Translations under genes and position numbers: made by a program
The notes under the pieces: generated by a model
The model's database searches: none
What the model was told of the DNA's origin: nothing
What the model saw: only the letters and a program-made list of their open reading frames with translations
Source: Eledone cirrhosa
Taxonomy: Eukaryota
Assembly: GCA_964016885.1 (NCBI GenBank)
Contig: OZ024748.1
Coordinates: 32,922,001 to 32,986,000 of the forward strand
Reading direction: 5' to 3'
DNA: 64,000 nucleotides
Shown: positions 1 through 12,181 of the stretch, piece after piece
How the letters are laid out: each line of letters begins with the position of its first letter
How positions within the stretch are numbered: the first letter of the stretch is position 1

Positions 1-236
1 CATTTCCTACTCTTAGTATGGCTGTTACTTAAATATAAGTATGTATACTTACATACATATATGTATACAGACGTACAGTAGTATGTATATATACATACAT
101 GCACACATATATATATGTACATATGGATTCACCGAACATTTATTATAATGCTCGGTGTGTTTGTAAACAAACATCCCGTATTAAGCCGTAGTGTCTAGCA
201 ACCATCGTTGCTCGTTTGTTCAACACTGACAAAGGA

Positions 237-279
237 ACGCTGTACTAGTTTCAAGCTTATTAGCTATCGTCAGCAACGT
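237..279 (-). ncRNA. Minimal type I hammerhead ribozyme (family E)
   Basis: Minus strand reads acgttg-CTGACGA-t-agct-aata-agct-t-GAAA-ctag-TA-cagcgt. Stem I is 6 bp, stem III is palindromic, and the site is GUA. Confidence 0.8.
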
Positions 280-596
280 ATACCTTCCTGCCAGATGATT
301 GAACGTCCAAAAGTATATACTTTCCTTATGCATATTAACGGCTGAGTAGCCCAATTTGCATATCGAGTGGGTTAATCGGCCGGGTGCACCGAAAACGATA
401 AACGGAAAAAATGAAACGAAATTTCATTTCCTACTCTTAGTACGGCTGTTACTTAATTATAAGTATGTATACGTACATGCATATATGTATACAGACGTAC
501 AGTTGTATGTATATATATATACATACATGCACACATATATATATGTACGTATGGATTTTATTATAATGCTCGGGATGTTTGTAAACAAACATCCCA

Positions 597-633
597 TTGC
601 TGATGATAGCTAATAAGCTTGAAACTAGTTCAG
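597..633 (+). ncRNA. Hammerhead ribozyme (family E), stem I clipped by the inversion junction
   Basis: ttg-CTGATGA-tagctaataagctt-GAAA-ctag-TT-cag. Confidence 0.65.
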
Positions 634-999
634 CGTTCTTTTGTCAGTGTTGAACAAACGAGCAACGGTGGTTGCTAGACACTACGGCTTAATACGGGAT
701 GTTTGTTTACAAACACACCGAGCATTATAATAAATGTTTGGTGAATCCATACGTACATATATATATATGTGTGCATGTATGTATTTATATACATACTACT
801 GTACGTCTGTATACATGTATGTATGTACGTATACATACTTATATTTAAGTAACAGCCGTACTAAGAGTGGGAAATGAAATTTTGTTTCATTTTTTCCGTT
901 TATATATATATATATATATACATTTATATATTACGAGCGTATACATTAGTTGTGGAGGTACAAGTTAATTTATTGTCTATTATGGATAATGTATAGATC

Positions 1000-1377
1000 A
1001 TCATCATCATCATCTTTTCATTTTACGTCCGCTTTTCCCTGCTTGCAAGGGTCGGACGGGAACTGATTTTGGGTTGATTTCTACAGCTGGATGCCCTTCC
1101 TAACACCAACCTCATTTACAGTGAGGGCTGGGTGCTTTTTTGCTGTGGCACCTCCACGACCACTTTGCAGTGGAATGATAGAGACCCCAGTCCTATCATC
1201 TCATTTCTACAGCTGAGTAAACTGGAGCAATGTGAAATAAAGTGTCTTGCTCAAGGAAACAACACATCACCCGGTCTGAGAATTGAACTGACATCTTTTC
1301 GATTGTAAGCTCTAACCACTTTGAGCTCACAACCTTTCGATTGCAATGCTCTAACCACTAAGCCATGTGCCTCCACA
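1000..1377 (-). mobile_element. SINE / RTE-tail-derived repeat fragments with a tRNA-like head
   Basis: (cat)n tail and ctacagctggatgcccttcctaac motif recur at ~40700, ~41650 and ~48370. The head matches 26659-26727, 32040-32200 and 53500-53660. Confidence 0.6.
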
Positions 1378-1669
1378 TATATGTATTTTCTTTCTAAACA
1401 TTATCCATGTATATATATATATATTTGACATGTGTATATAATCTCATTTGTATATTTAATTTATATTTCCTAGCTTGGTATGAATAACAATTTCTAGACG
1501 GTTTATAATGCAAAATATAGAAAAGTTAGAAATATTTAAAAAATAAAACATAATACATTAGTGAATAAAACGTAATAATGATAAAAATTGTTGAATTACC
1601 TTGAAAATATTTATTTATTACCTTGAAGATATTTATTTAGCCAGAGATATGATGGGAAATATTTATATA

Positions 1670-2581
1670 CTAGCAGTGGTACCCGGCGTTGCCAACAGAT
1701 CTAATCGTAGAAAAACTGTATGCATGGACAATATGTAAAGAAAATAAACCGAATACTTTGATGGCTGGATAATCTTTAAGATTTTCCTGGAAAAATGCAG
1801 GTTTTCATCAAACGCGGGGCCTAGGGGATCAAGAAATTGAATTTTTTTAATGTGCATAATATGCCTTGAAATTTCAGGAAAATCGGCTAGACGTAACGCC
1901 TCAAAAAAAGCCTAAAAAAGCTGAAAAAATGAAGTTTTTCACCTAATGCGAGCCCTAGACCATAAAAAAGTTGGATTTTCTTTGCTCACCGTATGAAGAA
2001 GAGACTGACTAATACATAGTTACAATTTCAAGGAAATAAGTCTGACGTAACGACTCCAAAAACCTGAAAAAACGCAGTTTTTCAACTAATGGATCAACTA
2101 GTGGATCAGTGTTTCAACTATTGTATCAACTAGGGGATCAAAAAGTTGAATTTTTTTATGTGCATAACACTCACTGAAGCATAAGTAATACACATGTAAA
2201 GTTTGAAAAAAGTCGGTTGGGTACTTCTCGAGTTTTAGGGATTCAAACTCAGAGACACACACACACACACACAGACATCCTCAGGGAAGTGACGTAATGC
2301 AGACAGTCAGACATACAGACAGATATTATAAGGCCGCGATGTTATATGTATGTATCTATCTAAAAAGAGAAAGACTAAGAATTATAGAGAGAGATCGCTA
2401 AATCGCCTAATGCGGTCCCTAGGGCATTGAACATTTGAATTTTATTTTTGTTCAGAACACTCCCTGAAACATAAGTATTATATGTGTAAAGTTTGAAAAC
2501 AGTCGGTTATGTAGTTCTCGAGTTTTAGGGATTCAAACTCACACACACACAGACAGACATCCTCGATTTTATATATATAGA
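1670..2581 (-). mobile_element. Non-autonomous Helitron
   Basis: Minus strand starts TCTATATATATAAAA at 2581 and ends gcaacgccgggtaccactgCTAG|T at 1670. Its termini resemble those of 16751-17671. Confidence 0.65.
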
Positions 2582-3120
2582 CTAGCAGAAAACCACCCAA
2601 TGGGCGGTTTTTGGCTAGCAAATCTAGTGTATATACTGATATTGTTGAGAAATGTTTTCGGCACCACATGTTCACCGTCTCTCGGTGTGTCTTTTATGCA
2701 TGTATAAATATATATGTTATCTATACGGTGAAATCTTTGAAATAAATATATGTTAAAACGAAAAAGGAGAAAAAGAGATTAGTGATGGAAATATAAACGT
2801 TATGATACATAAACGTTATGATATAACAATGGAAATATATCTTCAAATGGTCCTTGGCATGGTGTCAAGTCAGAACCGCCTCGAACTGGTTACTTCTGGC
2901 TTGTGCAAGGTGTCTCTATAGCAACCAGCGATTCCCTCGGCCTCAGTGACCAAAGTCAGTGGAGAGGGGATGGTAATGTTTCTATAGCGACAGTGGGGAC
3001 AGTGTTTCTCTTGGTAGTACCAAAGTGGAGAAAGGAAGGGGAAGGTGAAATTTCTGTAGCACCTAGATTTGAGTTTTAGGGAAGGACAGACAGACAAACA
3101 GAGAAATGCCCATATATTTC

Positions 3121-3150
<30 letters not shown>
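2582..3150 (-). mobile_element. 3' part of a second Helitron abutting the first
   Basis: CTAG at 2582-2585 lies next to the hairpin aaaaccaccca/tgggcggtttt. It may continue at 14590-15956 beyond the nested insertions. Confidence 0.45.
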
Positions 3151-3153
<3 letters not shown>

Positions 3154-3154
<1 letters not shown>

Positions 3155-3797
3155 GTTTTAATATAGATGAGATTCTACAGGACTAGAACTGTTTCATTCA
3201 TTAGAAATCATCAGGAATCTGGGTATCAAAAAATAAAAATGGTATTTATAGGTCTCTACAAGTGGTAGGAGAGGGTGGGGAGTGGGATGGGTGTAGGTCA
3301 TTGGTTGATAGAAAAGGGAATTCATTAAAAGCTAATTCTACAAAGCTATAGTTTATTTTTATTTATTTATGTTTTTAGAGTAACAAGGGCAGACAGAATT
3401 CTATAAACAGGTTCCGGATGGCATACCATTCCTTGTCATTAAGTTTCTCTTAAGCAAACAGATGTCTATAAGATCAGTGGGGGGTCAGTCATGGTCGATA
3501 GAATTAAAGAAAAGGGAGATTCTTTAAAAGCTAAAATCATTAAGGTTCTACTAAGTGACAAAGGTCTAGAGAATTCTGTAGACAGATTCAAAATACTGAG
3601 TGCATATCTTACAATTATTTTCGAACTTCTCTTAAACTAATCAACTATATGCCAAAAATCAACAGACACATTCACAAAAAAACATACTCACTCACACACT
3701 CTCGCGCAACCATAAACACACACACAAACACATATACACACATAAAAACACACACACATGTATATAAATATATTCACATACATACATATACATACAC

Positions 3798-3860
<63 letters not shown>

Positions 3861-4085
3861 TATATATACATACACACACACATACATATATATACACTCA
3901 CACACACATATATACACATATAAATACACTCACACACATACATACAAACACAAATATACATGTGTATACAAATGCACACAAATACATATAGATATATATA
4001 CATATATATACACAGATATATACATATATATACACATATACACACATATATATATATATATATATATACATACATACATACATAT
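3154..4085 (-). mobile_element. Family C HHR-bearing pLTR-like element, left arm of a long inverted repeat
   Basis: Near-exact reverse complement of ~13620-14515, including the microsatellite part. Confidence 0.8.
3170..3220 (-). ncRNA. Type I hammerhead ribozyme (family C)
   Basis: Reverse complement of the motif at 14450-14500. Confidence 0.8.
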
Positions 4086-4223
4086 ATACCTATATATATA
4101 TATACATACACACACATATATATATATATATAAAAAAACACATACACACATATATACATATACGCACACATACACACAAACACACACACACATATATATA
4201 CACATATACATATATATATATAT

Positions 4224-4276
<53 letters not shown>

Positions 4277-4313
4277 CAAACAAACATATACACATACAAA
4301 CACACACATACAT

Positions 4314-4358
<45 letters not shown>

Positions 4359-4384
4359 TATACACATATATAAGGAAAAAGAAC

Positions 4385-4486
<102 letters not shown>

Positions 4487-4546
4487 CACCATTCATACAT
4501 ATATTCATATATATATACACATATATATACACACACATATATACAC

Positions 4547-4611
<65 letters not shown>

Positions 4612-4678
4612 TATACATACACATATACACACACACATACACATACATACATATATACACAAATACATACACACATAT

Positions 4679-4709
<31 letters not shown>

Positions 4710-4758
4710 CATATATACACATACATACATATATATATATACATAAATATATATATAT

Positions 4759-7093
4759 ATATTGTTATATTTGGGGAGGGTCATATTTGCGTAATATTGC
4801 CAGAATTAATAACAGAACACACTCACTGTTTGGTTGGTTTTCGCTTCTCGCTGTCTTTTATATATATATATCTGCGATCTAACTTACTCGGTCCTCAATG
4901 TTGCCATTGACTGACCGGCGGTCAAAAATAATACAGATACAATATAGACAAACACATATATATATAGTTTACATAAATCTTTCGTTGCACATCTGCAACA
5001 TCGTCAGTGGTGTTATATTCATTGTTCCTCCTGTTGTGTTGTATGTCTACGCCATTTTTTTTTTTGTTCAGTCTGTCTATATATTTATTTATTTATTTGC
5101 TTGTTTGTTTATCTTATTTTATTTTGTCTTCTTTGCGCATGCGTTTGCGTGTGTGTATAGTGTTATGTGTGATGTGTGACTAGTGTGTATAGTGTTGTGT
5201 CTGCTGGGTGACTAGTGTGTGTTTATGTGCTTGTGTATGTATTTATTTATCTTATTTTATTTAATTTAATTTACTTATTTATTTATACTTCTCTTAGGTC
5301 AGTGTTGTTTGTTTGGGTGTTGTTGTTGTTCCACTCATTCTTTCTGTTTAGCTTTGGTCTTCTAATTTCTATTTCACTGGCCTCTCTGATTTGCCTATCT
5401 GCTGGGTCATTCCTATGTTTAGATATTATTCTAATTTCTATGTTGTCTATGTTACCGTCATGATGTTGTCTAGCATGTTCGTATAGTACTGACCCGTTTT
5501 TTCGTCCTTTTAGTTCCCCCCAGTGTTGGTCTATCCTTTCACCTATGCTACGAGCTGTCTCACCTATGTATGTTGTTGTCGTGTTTCTGCAAGTACCCTC
5601 TGTACATCTTATGCTATAGACTACGTTTCTAGTTTTACAGTTTATCCGGGGGTTCACCTTACATATGATACATTTCCTATTGGTACAGTGGGTTTTCTTA
5701 AAAGGGTAGGTTTTGCTGATCAGGGATTTTATGGTGGTTCCTGGCTTTTCTACCACCTTTATTTTTAAGTGGGTCTTTCTCAGGGCCTTTCTACACTGGT
5801 TAGCTAATTTCCCTCCAGGGGTGGCGTCCACAAACATGACACTCTGATATCTCTGGTTGTCGTACCATGATGTGGCCTTCCCTATCTTATGTCTAGCCCT
5901 ATCTAAGCTATTCCATGATTTGCTCCTGTATAGTGGGCAAATTCCTTTCATGTCCAGTTCTATGAGGGTCTTATACTTTTCCATGGCTCCTTCGTATACT
6001 CTGACTCTGTCTCTTTGGTTGTAGCCAGAGAACTGCATGCGGTTGATGAAGTGTTGGATGTGTCCTTCCATTTCTGTTGGGTCGCACATGCTGGACACAT
6101 TCTTCATCACTCGTACCAAATCTGCGATCAGAATATTAAACTTAGCACTACTGGACATTGCTGAGTTTTTGAGTATCAGGTATTTGGAGGCCATGGGTTT
6201 AGCATAGTGTGAGTGGAGAATTTGGGCTCTCTCGTCTATAGTGTTAATCCAGAGTTCTGTGTCTAATACAGGTAGTCTATTGTTAGGGTGTTTGGAAGGG
6301 AAGTCTATAGTTACAGTTATACTCTGGTGTATGGAATTAGCTATCTGCTGGATGCTTTCCATCGTGCTACGTTCTAAATCAAACTTGTTAGTGCTCTCTA
6401 GTGGGGGTGTTCTTATAACTATATTGATATCGTCTACATAACGAGAGTACATGATGAGGTCTATGGAGCTTTCATTAAGGAGATCTTTAAGTCTCCTTTC
6501 CCACCATACCATGAAAAGGTTGGCAACATCGCCAGCTATGCTGACGCCGATGGCTGCTCCCTCATTTTGGGTGTAGATTTTCTCATTGAACTTAAATATG
6601 TGGCCCTTTAGGGTAGTTTTGATACTAGCCCCTATTGCATGTGCGACCATTTTTCTTACCTGATCAGTGTTTTGGGGGGTCCGTATAGCTTTGGTCCACC
6701 CAATCCACCTTCCTATGGGAGTCTTTTTAGCCATTGAGGTTATGGTGGGGGGTCTACCTCTTATAGGTCTACTAGGGCAGAAACATCTAAGGTCATGGCT
6801 GTCTAGGTAGTCAGTGTCGTAGGTAAGTCTAAGTAGGAGGCCCAGTTCGTCTGTGTCGACGTCGCAGAACTCCACCTCACTCTCAATGATCATCTCCACA
6901 CATCTTTTCACAGCAAAATCAATGTTAATGGATGGGTACAGTGACACCACATCCATGCTGCCTATTATGCAGTTGGATAGGCTCCTGTTTTTGTTGCACT
7001 CACTGATTCTGCTGAGAAGGTCCTCTGTACTTTCACATACATCTGGGGACATCTTGATTATGGGGCGTATAACCATTGAGAGGAAGTAGGAGA
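4759..7093 (-). mobile_element. PLE-A, 5'-truncated inverted copy (RT core, GIY-YIG, 3' UTR/pLTR, first 8-9 codons of the next ORF)
   Basis: Reverse complement of ~10371-12707. ORF 5283-7121 matches the C-terminal ~600 aa of the 1210-aa ORF. Confidence 0.95.
4971..5011 (-). ncRNA. HHR-like core (PLE-A pLTR)
   Basis: Reverse complement of 8322-8362. Confidence 0.5.
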
Positions 7094-8548
7094 GACGAGA
7101 GAGCCCAAATTCTCCACTCACACTATGCTAAACCCATGGCCTCCAAATACCTGATACTCAAAAACTCAGCAATGTCCAGTAGTGCTAAGTTTAATATTCT
7201 GATCGCAGATTTGGTACGAGTGATGAAGAATGTGTCCAGCATGTGCGACCCAACAGAAATGGAAGGACACATCCAACACTTCATCAACCGTATGCAGTTC
7301 TCTGGCTACAACCAAAGAGACAGAGTCAGAGTATACGAAGGAGCCATGGAAAAGTATAAGACCCTCATAGAACTGGACATGAAAGGAATTTGCCCACTAT
7401 ACAGGAGCAAATCATGGAATAGCTTAGATAGGGCTAGACATAAGATAGGGAAGGCCACATCATGGTACGACAACCAGAGATATCAGAGTGTCATGTTTGT
7501 GGACGCCACCCCTGGAGGGAAATTAGCTAACCAGTGTAGAAAGGCCCTGAGAAAGACCCACTTAAAAATAAAGGTGGTAGAAAAGCCAGGAACCACCATA
7601 AAATCCCTGATCAGCAAAACCTACCCTTTTAAGAAAAACCCACTGTACCAATAGGAAATGTATCATATGTAAGGTGAACCCCCGGATAAACTGTAAAACT
7701 AGAAACGTAGTCTATAGCATAAGATGTACAGAGGGTACTTGCAGAAACACGACAACAACATACATAGGTGAGACAGCTCGTAGCATAGGTGAAAGGATAG
7801 ACCAACACTGGGGGGAACTAAAAGGACGAAAAATCGGGTCAGTACTATACGAACATGCTAGACAACATCATGACGGTAACATAGACAACATAGAAATTAG
7901 AATAATATCTAAACATAGGAATGACCCAGCAGATAGGCAAATCAGAGAGGCCAGTGAAATAGAAATTAGAAGACCAAAGCTAAACAGAAAGAATGAGTGG
8001 AACAACAACAACACCCAAACAAACAACACTGACCTAAGAGAAGTATAAATAAATAAGTAAATTAAATTAAATAAAATAAGATAAATAAATACATACACAA
8101 GCACATAAACACACACTAGTCACCCAGCAGACACAACACTATACACACTAGTCACACATCACACATAACACTATACACACACGCAAACGCATGCGCAAAG
8201 AAGACAAAATAAAATAAGATAAACAAACAAGCAAATAAATAAATAAATATATAGACAGACTGAACAAAAAAAAAAAAATGGCGTAGACATACAACACAAC
8301 AGGAGGAACAATGAATATAACACCACTGACGATGTTGCAGATGTGCAACGAAAGATTTATGTAAACTATATATATATGTGTTTGTCTATATTGTATCTGT
8401 ATTATTTTTGACCGCCGGTCAGTCAATGGCAACATTGAGGACCGAGTAAGTTAGATCGCAGATATATATATATAAAAGACAGCGAGAAGCGAAAACCAAC
8501 CAAACAGTGAGTGTGTTCTGTTATTAATTCTGGCAATATTACGCAAAT
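7093..8548 (+). mobile_element. PLE-A partial upstream tandem unit (extended pseudo-LTR)
   Basis: Nearly identical to 11227-12682. A +1 A near 7638 splits the ORF into 7076-7654 and 7674-8048. Confidence 0.95.
8322..8362 (+). ncRNA. HHR-like core (PLE-A pLTR)
   Basis: CTGACGA-t-gttgca-gatg-tgcaac-GAAA-gatt-TA-tg. Core and 6-bp stem II are clear; stems I and III are weak. Confidence 0.5.
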
Positions 8549-11500
8549 ATGACCCTCCCCAAATATAACAATATCTGTTTCGACACACGATTTCATATAA
8601 AAAACCTCGCAAAACTAATTCATCGCCGCTATGGCATTAGCTTGTGCCAAACTGAAAGGTTATTGAAAGACACTGTTTTCTGTTATATAAAAACTACAAT
8701 AACAACAGAACAAATCCGCTTCTTAAAACACTGTGTTTCCTCCAAAACATACACAACAAACATATCAAAACAAGTAAATAATTTATTATTGAACAAAACA
8801 CAAGCTGAACGGCTAAAACACACAATAACAGTTAATATGAAAAGAACAACATACACAAAAGTCAACGCACTCTACAGACAAAAACGCATCAACGGTAAGG
8901 AAATCCGAAATCTCATCACAGCAAACGAGAGAGATGACTTCATGAGCGTCATCCGACGCGAAACGAAATATGCTCAAAACGAATGCTGTAGGCATTTCAA
9001 GAAGAAATTAGAATGGATGAATAAGAAAAAACTACAAGAAAGGAAAATCGAATATTCTCAAAAATACCCAGATAACATCGACAACATCCGTATGAGTGAT
9101 GTAAAACTACCGGAAGAATTTACCAATGACCACACAGTAAATATCTATGGGAACACTTTAATCAGTGAACAAGAACAACAAATCCTAAAGTTACCACCAA
9201 AATTTGCCATCTACAAAAAGATTAACCCTATGGAATGCAAAACGGAACTGGAAAAGTGTTTCACAAAAATACGTTGGAATGCAAAGGTAAACAACAACAA
9301 CAATAATAACGGTAGTAGTAATATAAACAATAACTCTGGGTATAGAAATAACAGCCATAACCATAACAATGGCAGGAAAGTGAGAAATAGTGATAATGGT
9401 AATAATACTAGCGATAGACAGAACAACAACAACCACAATAATAATAATAATAGAAACGTTAACCACAGACACAGCAACAGTGACCACAGTAGTAATAACG
9501 GTAACAATACGAACAACAACAACAACAATAACCACAGTGGTAATAATGGAAATAGTACATGTAGCAACATCAACAAAAACAAGAAACATAATAATAGTAA
9601 CAACCACAATGGTAGAAATAGCAGTAACAACAACAACAATAACGGTGAAGTAAACAACAATACATCTAGCAATCATAACAATAATAATATTAATGCTAAT
9701 GATAGAAACAACAACAACCACCATGATAATAATAATAGCAACACACACAACTATGACGATAGAAATAACGACAACCCCTTAGAGAAACTATTTTTCAACC
9801 CAGCTGACAAAACATATAAGATGGGTAATATCTATCCTACGAGGTTACCCTTTAATAAAAGAGTTTGCATACCACAACAAATAGATGACGAGACGGAGGC
9901 ACAGTTCACCATAGCTAGAAATAAGATTAGACAAGTAGTAGACAGGTACACTATGAGACAGAGCAGACCAGAGGCCCAACAACTTGGGATAAAACCTGTA
10001 GAAGGCTTGGTTAGCCTCAAGCAGCGCACAAGGGATGGTGAGGTAGTGTGTCTACCCACAGATAAGTCTGGTAGGATGTCAATAGATAGCATGCCGAACT
10101 ACATCGAGGCAATGCAACCCCACATCACCAACACGAGCGAAGTTGCACAACTAACACACGATGGGAGAGAAAAAATCCTCAACGCTCACATGATGATGTG
10201 GACTGACATCCTAAAGCCAAGCAGACGCACTGCCAACAACTTCCAGGCGTCTAACAATGGCATACCACCCTTGTATGGGCTCCGCAAAGACCACAAGACA
10301 GTCGACGACCCGACAACAGGACCACCAACAAGACCTGTATGCGGAGCTAATATAGCTAGCAACTACAGGATCTCCTACTTCCTCTCAATGGTTATACGCC
10401 CCATAATCAAGATGTCCCCAGATGTATGTGAAAGTACAGAGGACCTTCTCAGCAGAATCAGTGAGTGCAACAAAAACAGGAGCCTATCCAACTGCATAAT
10501 AGGCAGCATGGATGTGGTGTCACTGTACCCATCCATTAACATTGATTTTGCTGTGAAAAGATGTGTGGAGATGATCATTGAGAGTGAGGTGGAGTTCTGC
10601 GACGTCGACACAGACGAACTGGGCCTCCTACTTAGACTTACCTACGACACTGACTACCTAGACAGCCATGACCTTAGATGTTTCTGCCCTAGTAGACCTA
10701 TAAGAGGTAGACCCCCCACCATAACCTCAATGGCTAAAAAGACTCCCATAGGAAGGTGGATTGGGTGGACCAAAGCTATACGGACCCCCCAAAACACTGA
10801 TCAGGTAAGAAAAATGGTCGCACATGCAATAGGGGCTAGTATCAAAACTACCCTAAAGGGCCACATATTTAAGTTCAATGAGAAAATCTACACCCAAAAT
10901 GAGGGAGCAGCCATCGGCGTCAGCATAGCTGGCGATGTTGCCAACCTTTTCATGGTATGGTGGGAAAGGAGACTTAAAGATCTCCTTAATGAAAGCTCCA
11001 TAGACCTCATCATGTACTCTCGTTATGTAGACGATATCAATATAGTTATAAGAACACCCCCACTAGAGAGCACTAACAAGTTTGATTTAGAACGTAGCAC
11101 GATGGAAAGCATCCAGCAGATAGCTAATTCCATACACCAGAGTATAACTGTAACTATAGACTTCCCTTCCAAACACCCTAACAATAGACTACCTGTATTA
11201 GACACAGAACTCTGGATTAACACTATAGACGAGAGAGCCCAAATTCTCCACTCACACTATGCTAAACCCATGGCCTCCAAATACCTGATACTCAAAAACT
11301 CAGCAATGTCCAGTAGTGCTAAGTTTAATATTCTGATCGCAGATTTGGTACGAGTGATGAAGAATGTGTCCAGCATGTGCGACCCAACAGAAATGGAAGG
11401 ACACATCCAACACTTCATCAACCGCATGCAGTTCTCTGGCTACAACCAAAGAGACAGAGTCAGAGTATACGAAGGAGCCATGGAAAAGTATAAGACCCTC

Positions 11501-12181
11501 ATAGAACTGGACATGAAAGGAATTTGCCCACTATACAGGAGCAAATCATGGAATAGCTTAGATAGGGCTAGACATAAGATAGGGAAGGCCACATCATGGT
11601 ACGACAACCAGAGATATCAGAGTGTCATGTTTGTGGACGCCACCCCTGGAGGGAAATTAGCTAACCAGTGTAGAAAGGCCCTGAGAAAGACCCACTTAAA
11701 AATAAAGGTGGTAGAAAAGCCAGGAACCACCATAAAATCCCTGATCAGCAAAACCTACCCTTTTAAGAAAACCCACTGTACCAATAGGAAATGTATCATA
11801 TGTAAGGTGAACCCCCGGATAAACTGTAAAACTAGAAACGTAGTCTATAGCATAAGATGTACAGAGGGTACTTGCAGAAACACGACAACAACATACATAG
11901 GTGAGACAGCTCGTAGCATAGGTGAAAGGATAGACCAACACTGGGGGGAACTAAAAGGACGAAAAAACGGGTCAGTACTATACGAACATGCTAGACAACA
12001 TCATGACGGTAACATAGACAACATAGAAATTAGAATAATATCTAAACATAGGAATGACCCAGCAGATAGGCAAATCAGAGAGGCCAGTGAAATAGAAATT
12101 AGAAGACCAAAGCTAAACAGAAAGAATGAGTGGAACAACAACAACACCCAAACAAACAACACTGACCTAAGAGAAGTATAA
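8549..12181 (+). CDS. Penelope-like element polyprotein (PLE-A): N-terminal domain with Asn-rich insert, reverse transcriptase, Cys linker, GIY-YIG endonuclease
   Basis: Uninterrupted 1210 aa with TDKSG, KDHK..RPV, motif A GSMDVVSLYPSI, B' QNEGAAIG, C YSRYVDD, LPVLD, Cys linker CTNRKCIIC, and VVYSIRC..C..YIGET.R..ER..QH. Confidence 0.95.
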   Translation: MTLPKYNNICFDTRFHIKNLAKLIHRRYGISLCQTERLLKDTVFCYIKTTITTEQIRFLKHCVSSKTYTTNISKQVNNLLLNKTQAERLKHTITVNMKRTTYTKVNALYRQKRINGKEIRNLITANERDDFMSVIRRETKYAQNECCRHFKKKLEWMNKKKLQERKIEYSQKYPDNIDNIRMSDVKLPEEFTNDHTVNIYGNTLISEQEQQILKLPPKFAIYKKINPMECKTELEKCFTKIRWNAKVNNNNNNNGSSNINNNSGYRNNSHNHNNGRKVRNSDNGNNTSDRQNNNNHNNNNNRNVNHRHSNSDHSSNNGNNTNNNNNNNHSGNNGNSTCSNINKNKKHNNSNNHNGRNSSNNNNNNGEVNNNTSSNHNNNNINANDRNNNNHHDNNNSNTHNYDDRNNDNPLEKLFFNPADKTYKMGNIYPTRLPFNKRVCIPQQIDDETEAQFTIARNKIRQVVDRYTMRQSRPEAQQLGIKPVEGLVSLKQRTRDGEVVCLPTDKSGRMSIDSMPNYIEAMQPHITNTSEVAQLTHDGREKILNAHMMMWTDILKPSRRTANNFQASNNGIPPLYGLRKDHKTVDDPTTGPPTRPVCGANIASNYRISYFLSMVIRPIIKMSPDVCESTEDLLSRISECNKNRSLSNCIIGSMDVVSLYPSINIDFAVKRCVEMIIESEVEFCDVDTDELGLLLRLTYDTDYLDSHDLRCFCPSRPIRGRPPTITSMAKKTPIGRWIGWTKAIRTPQNTDQVRKMVAHAIGASIKTTLKGHIFKFNEKIYTQNEGAAIGVSIAGDVANLFMVWWERRLKDLLNESSIDLIMYSRYVDDINIVIRTPPLESTNKFDLERSTMESIQQIANSIHQSITVTIDFPSKHPNNRLPVLDTELWINTIDERAQILHSHYAKPMASKYLILKNSAMSSSAKFNILIADLVRVMKNVSSMCDPTEMEGHIQHFINRMQFSGYNQRDRVRVYEGAMEKYKTLIELDMKGICPLYRSKSWNSLDRARHKIGKATSWYDNQRYQSVMFVDATPGGKLANQCRKALRKTHLKIKVVEKPGTTIKSLISKTYPFKKTHCTNRKCIICKVNPRINCKTRNVVYSIRCTEGTCRNTTTTYIGETARSIGERIDQHWGELKGRKNGSVLYEHARQHHDGNIDNIEIRIISKHRNDPADRQIREASEIEIRRPKLNRKNEWNNNNTQTNNTDLREV

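Larger units (their letters stand above)
1..903. mobile_element. Family E non-coding HHR repeat (retrozyme/pLTR-like): about 1.4 tandem units of 424 bp plus an inverted partial copy
   Basis: catttcctactcttagt occurs at 1 and 425. 597-903 is the reverse complement of the start of the unit and ends in (TA)n. A homologue lies at 38090-38580. Confidence 0.75.

Noticed and set aside
7076-7121. Apparent novel N-termini (MRGSRR, MSGEFGLSRL) on PLE ORFs
   Set aside because: Created by reading across the inversion junction at 7093 from non-ATG starts.
9191-9748. Hydrophobic V/I/L-rich minus-strand ORFs
   Set aside because: Antisense shadow of the Asn-codon tract in PLE-A.
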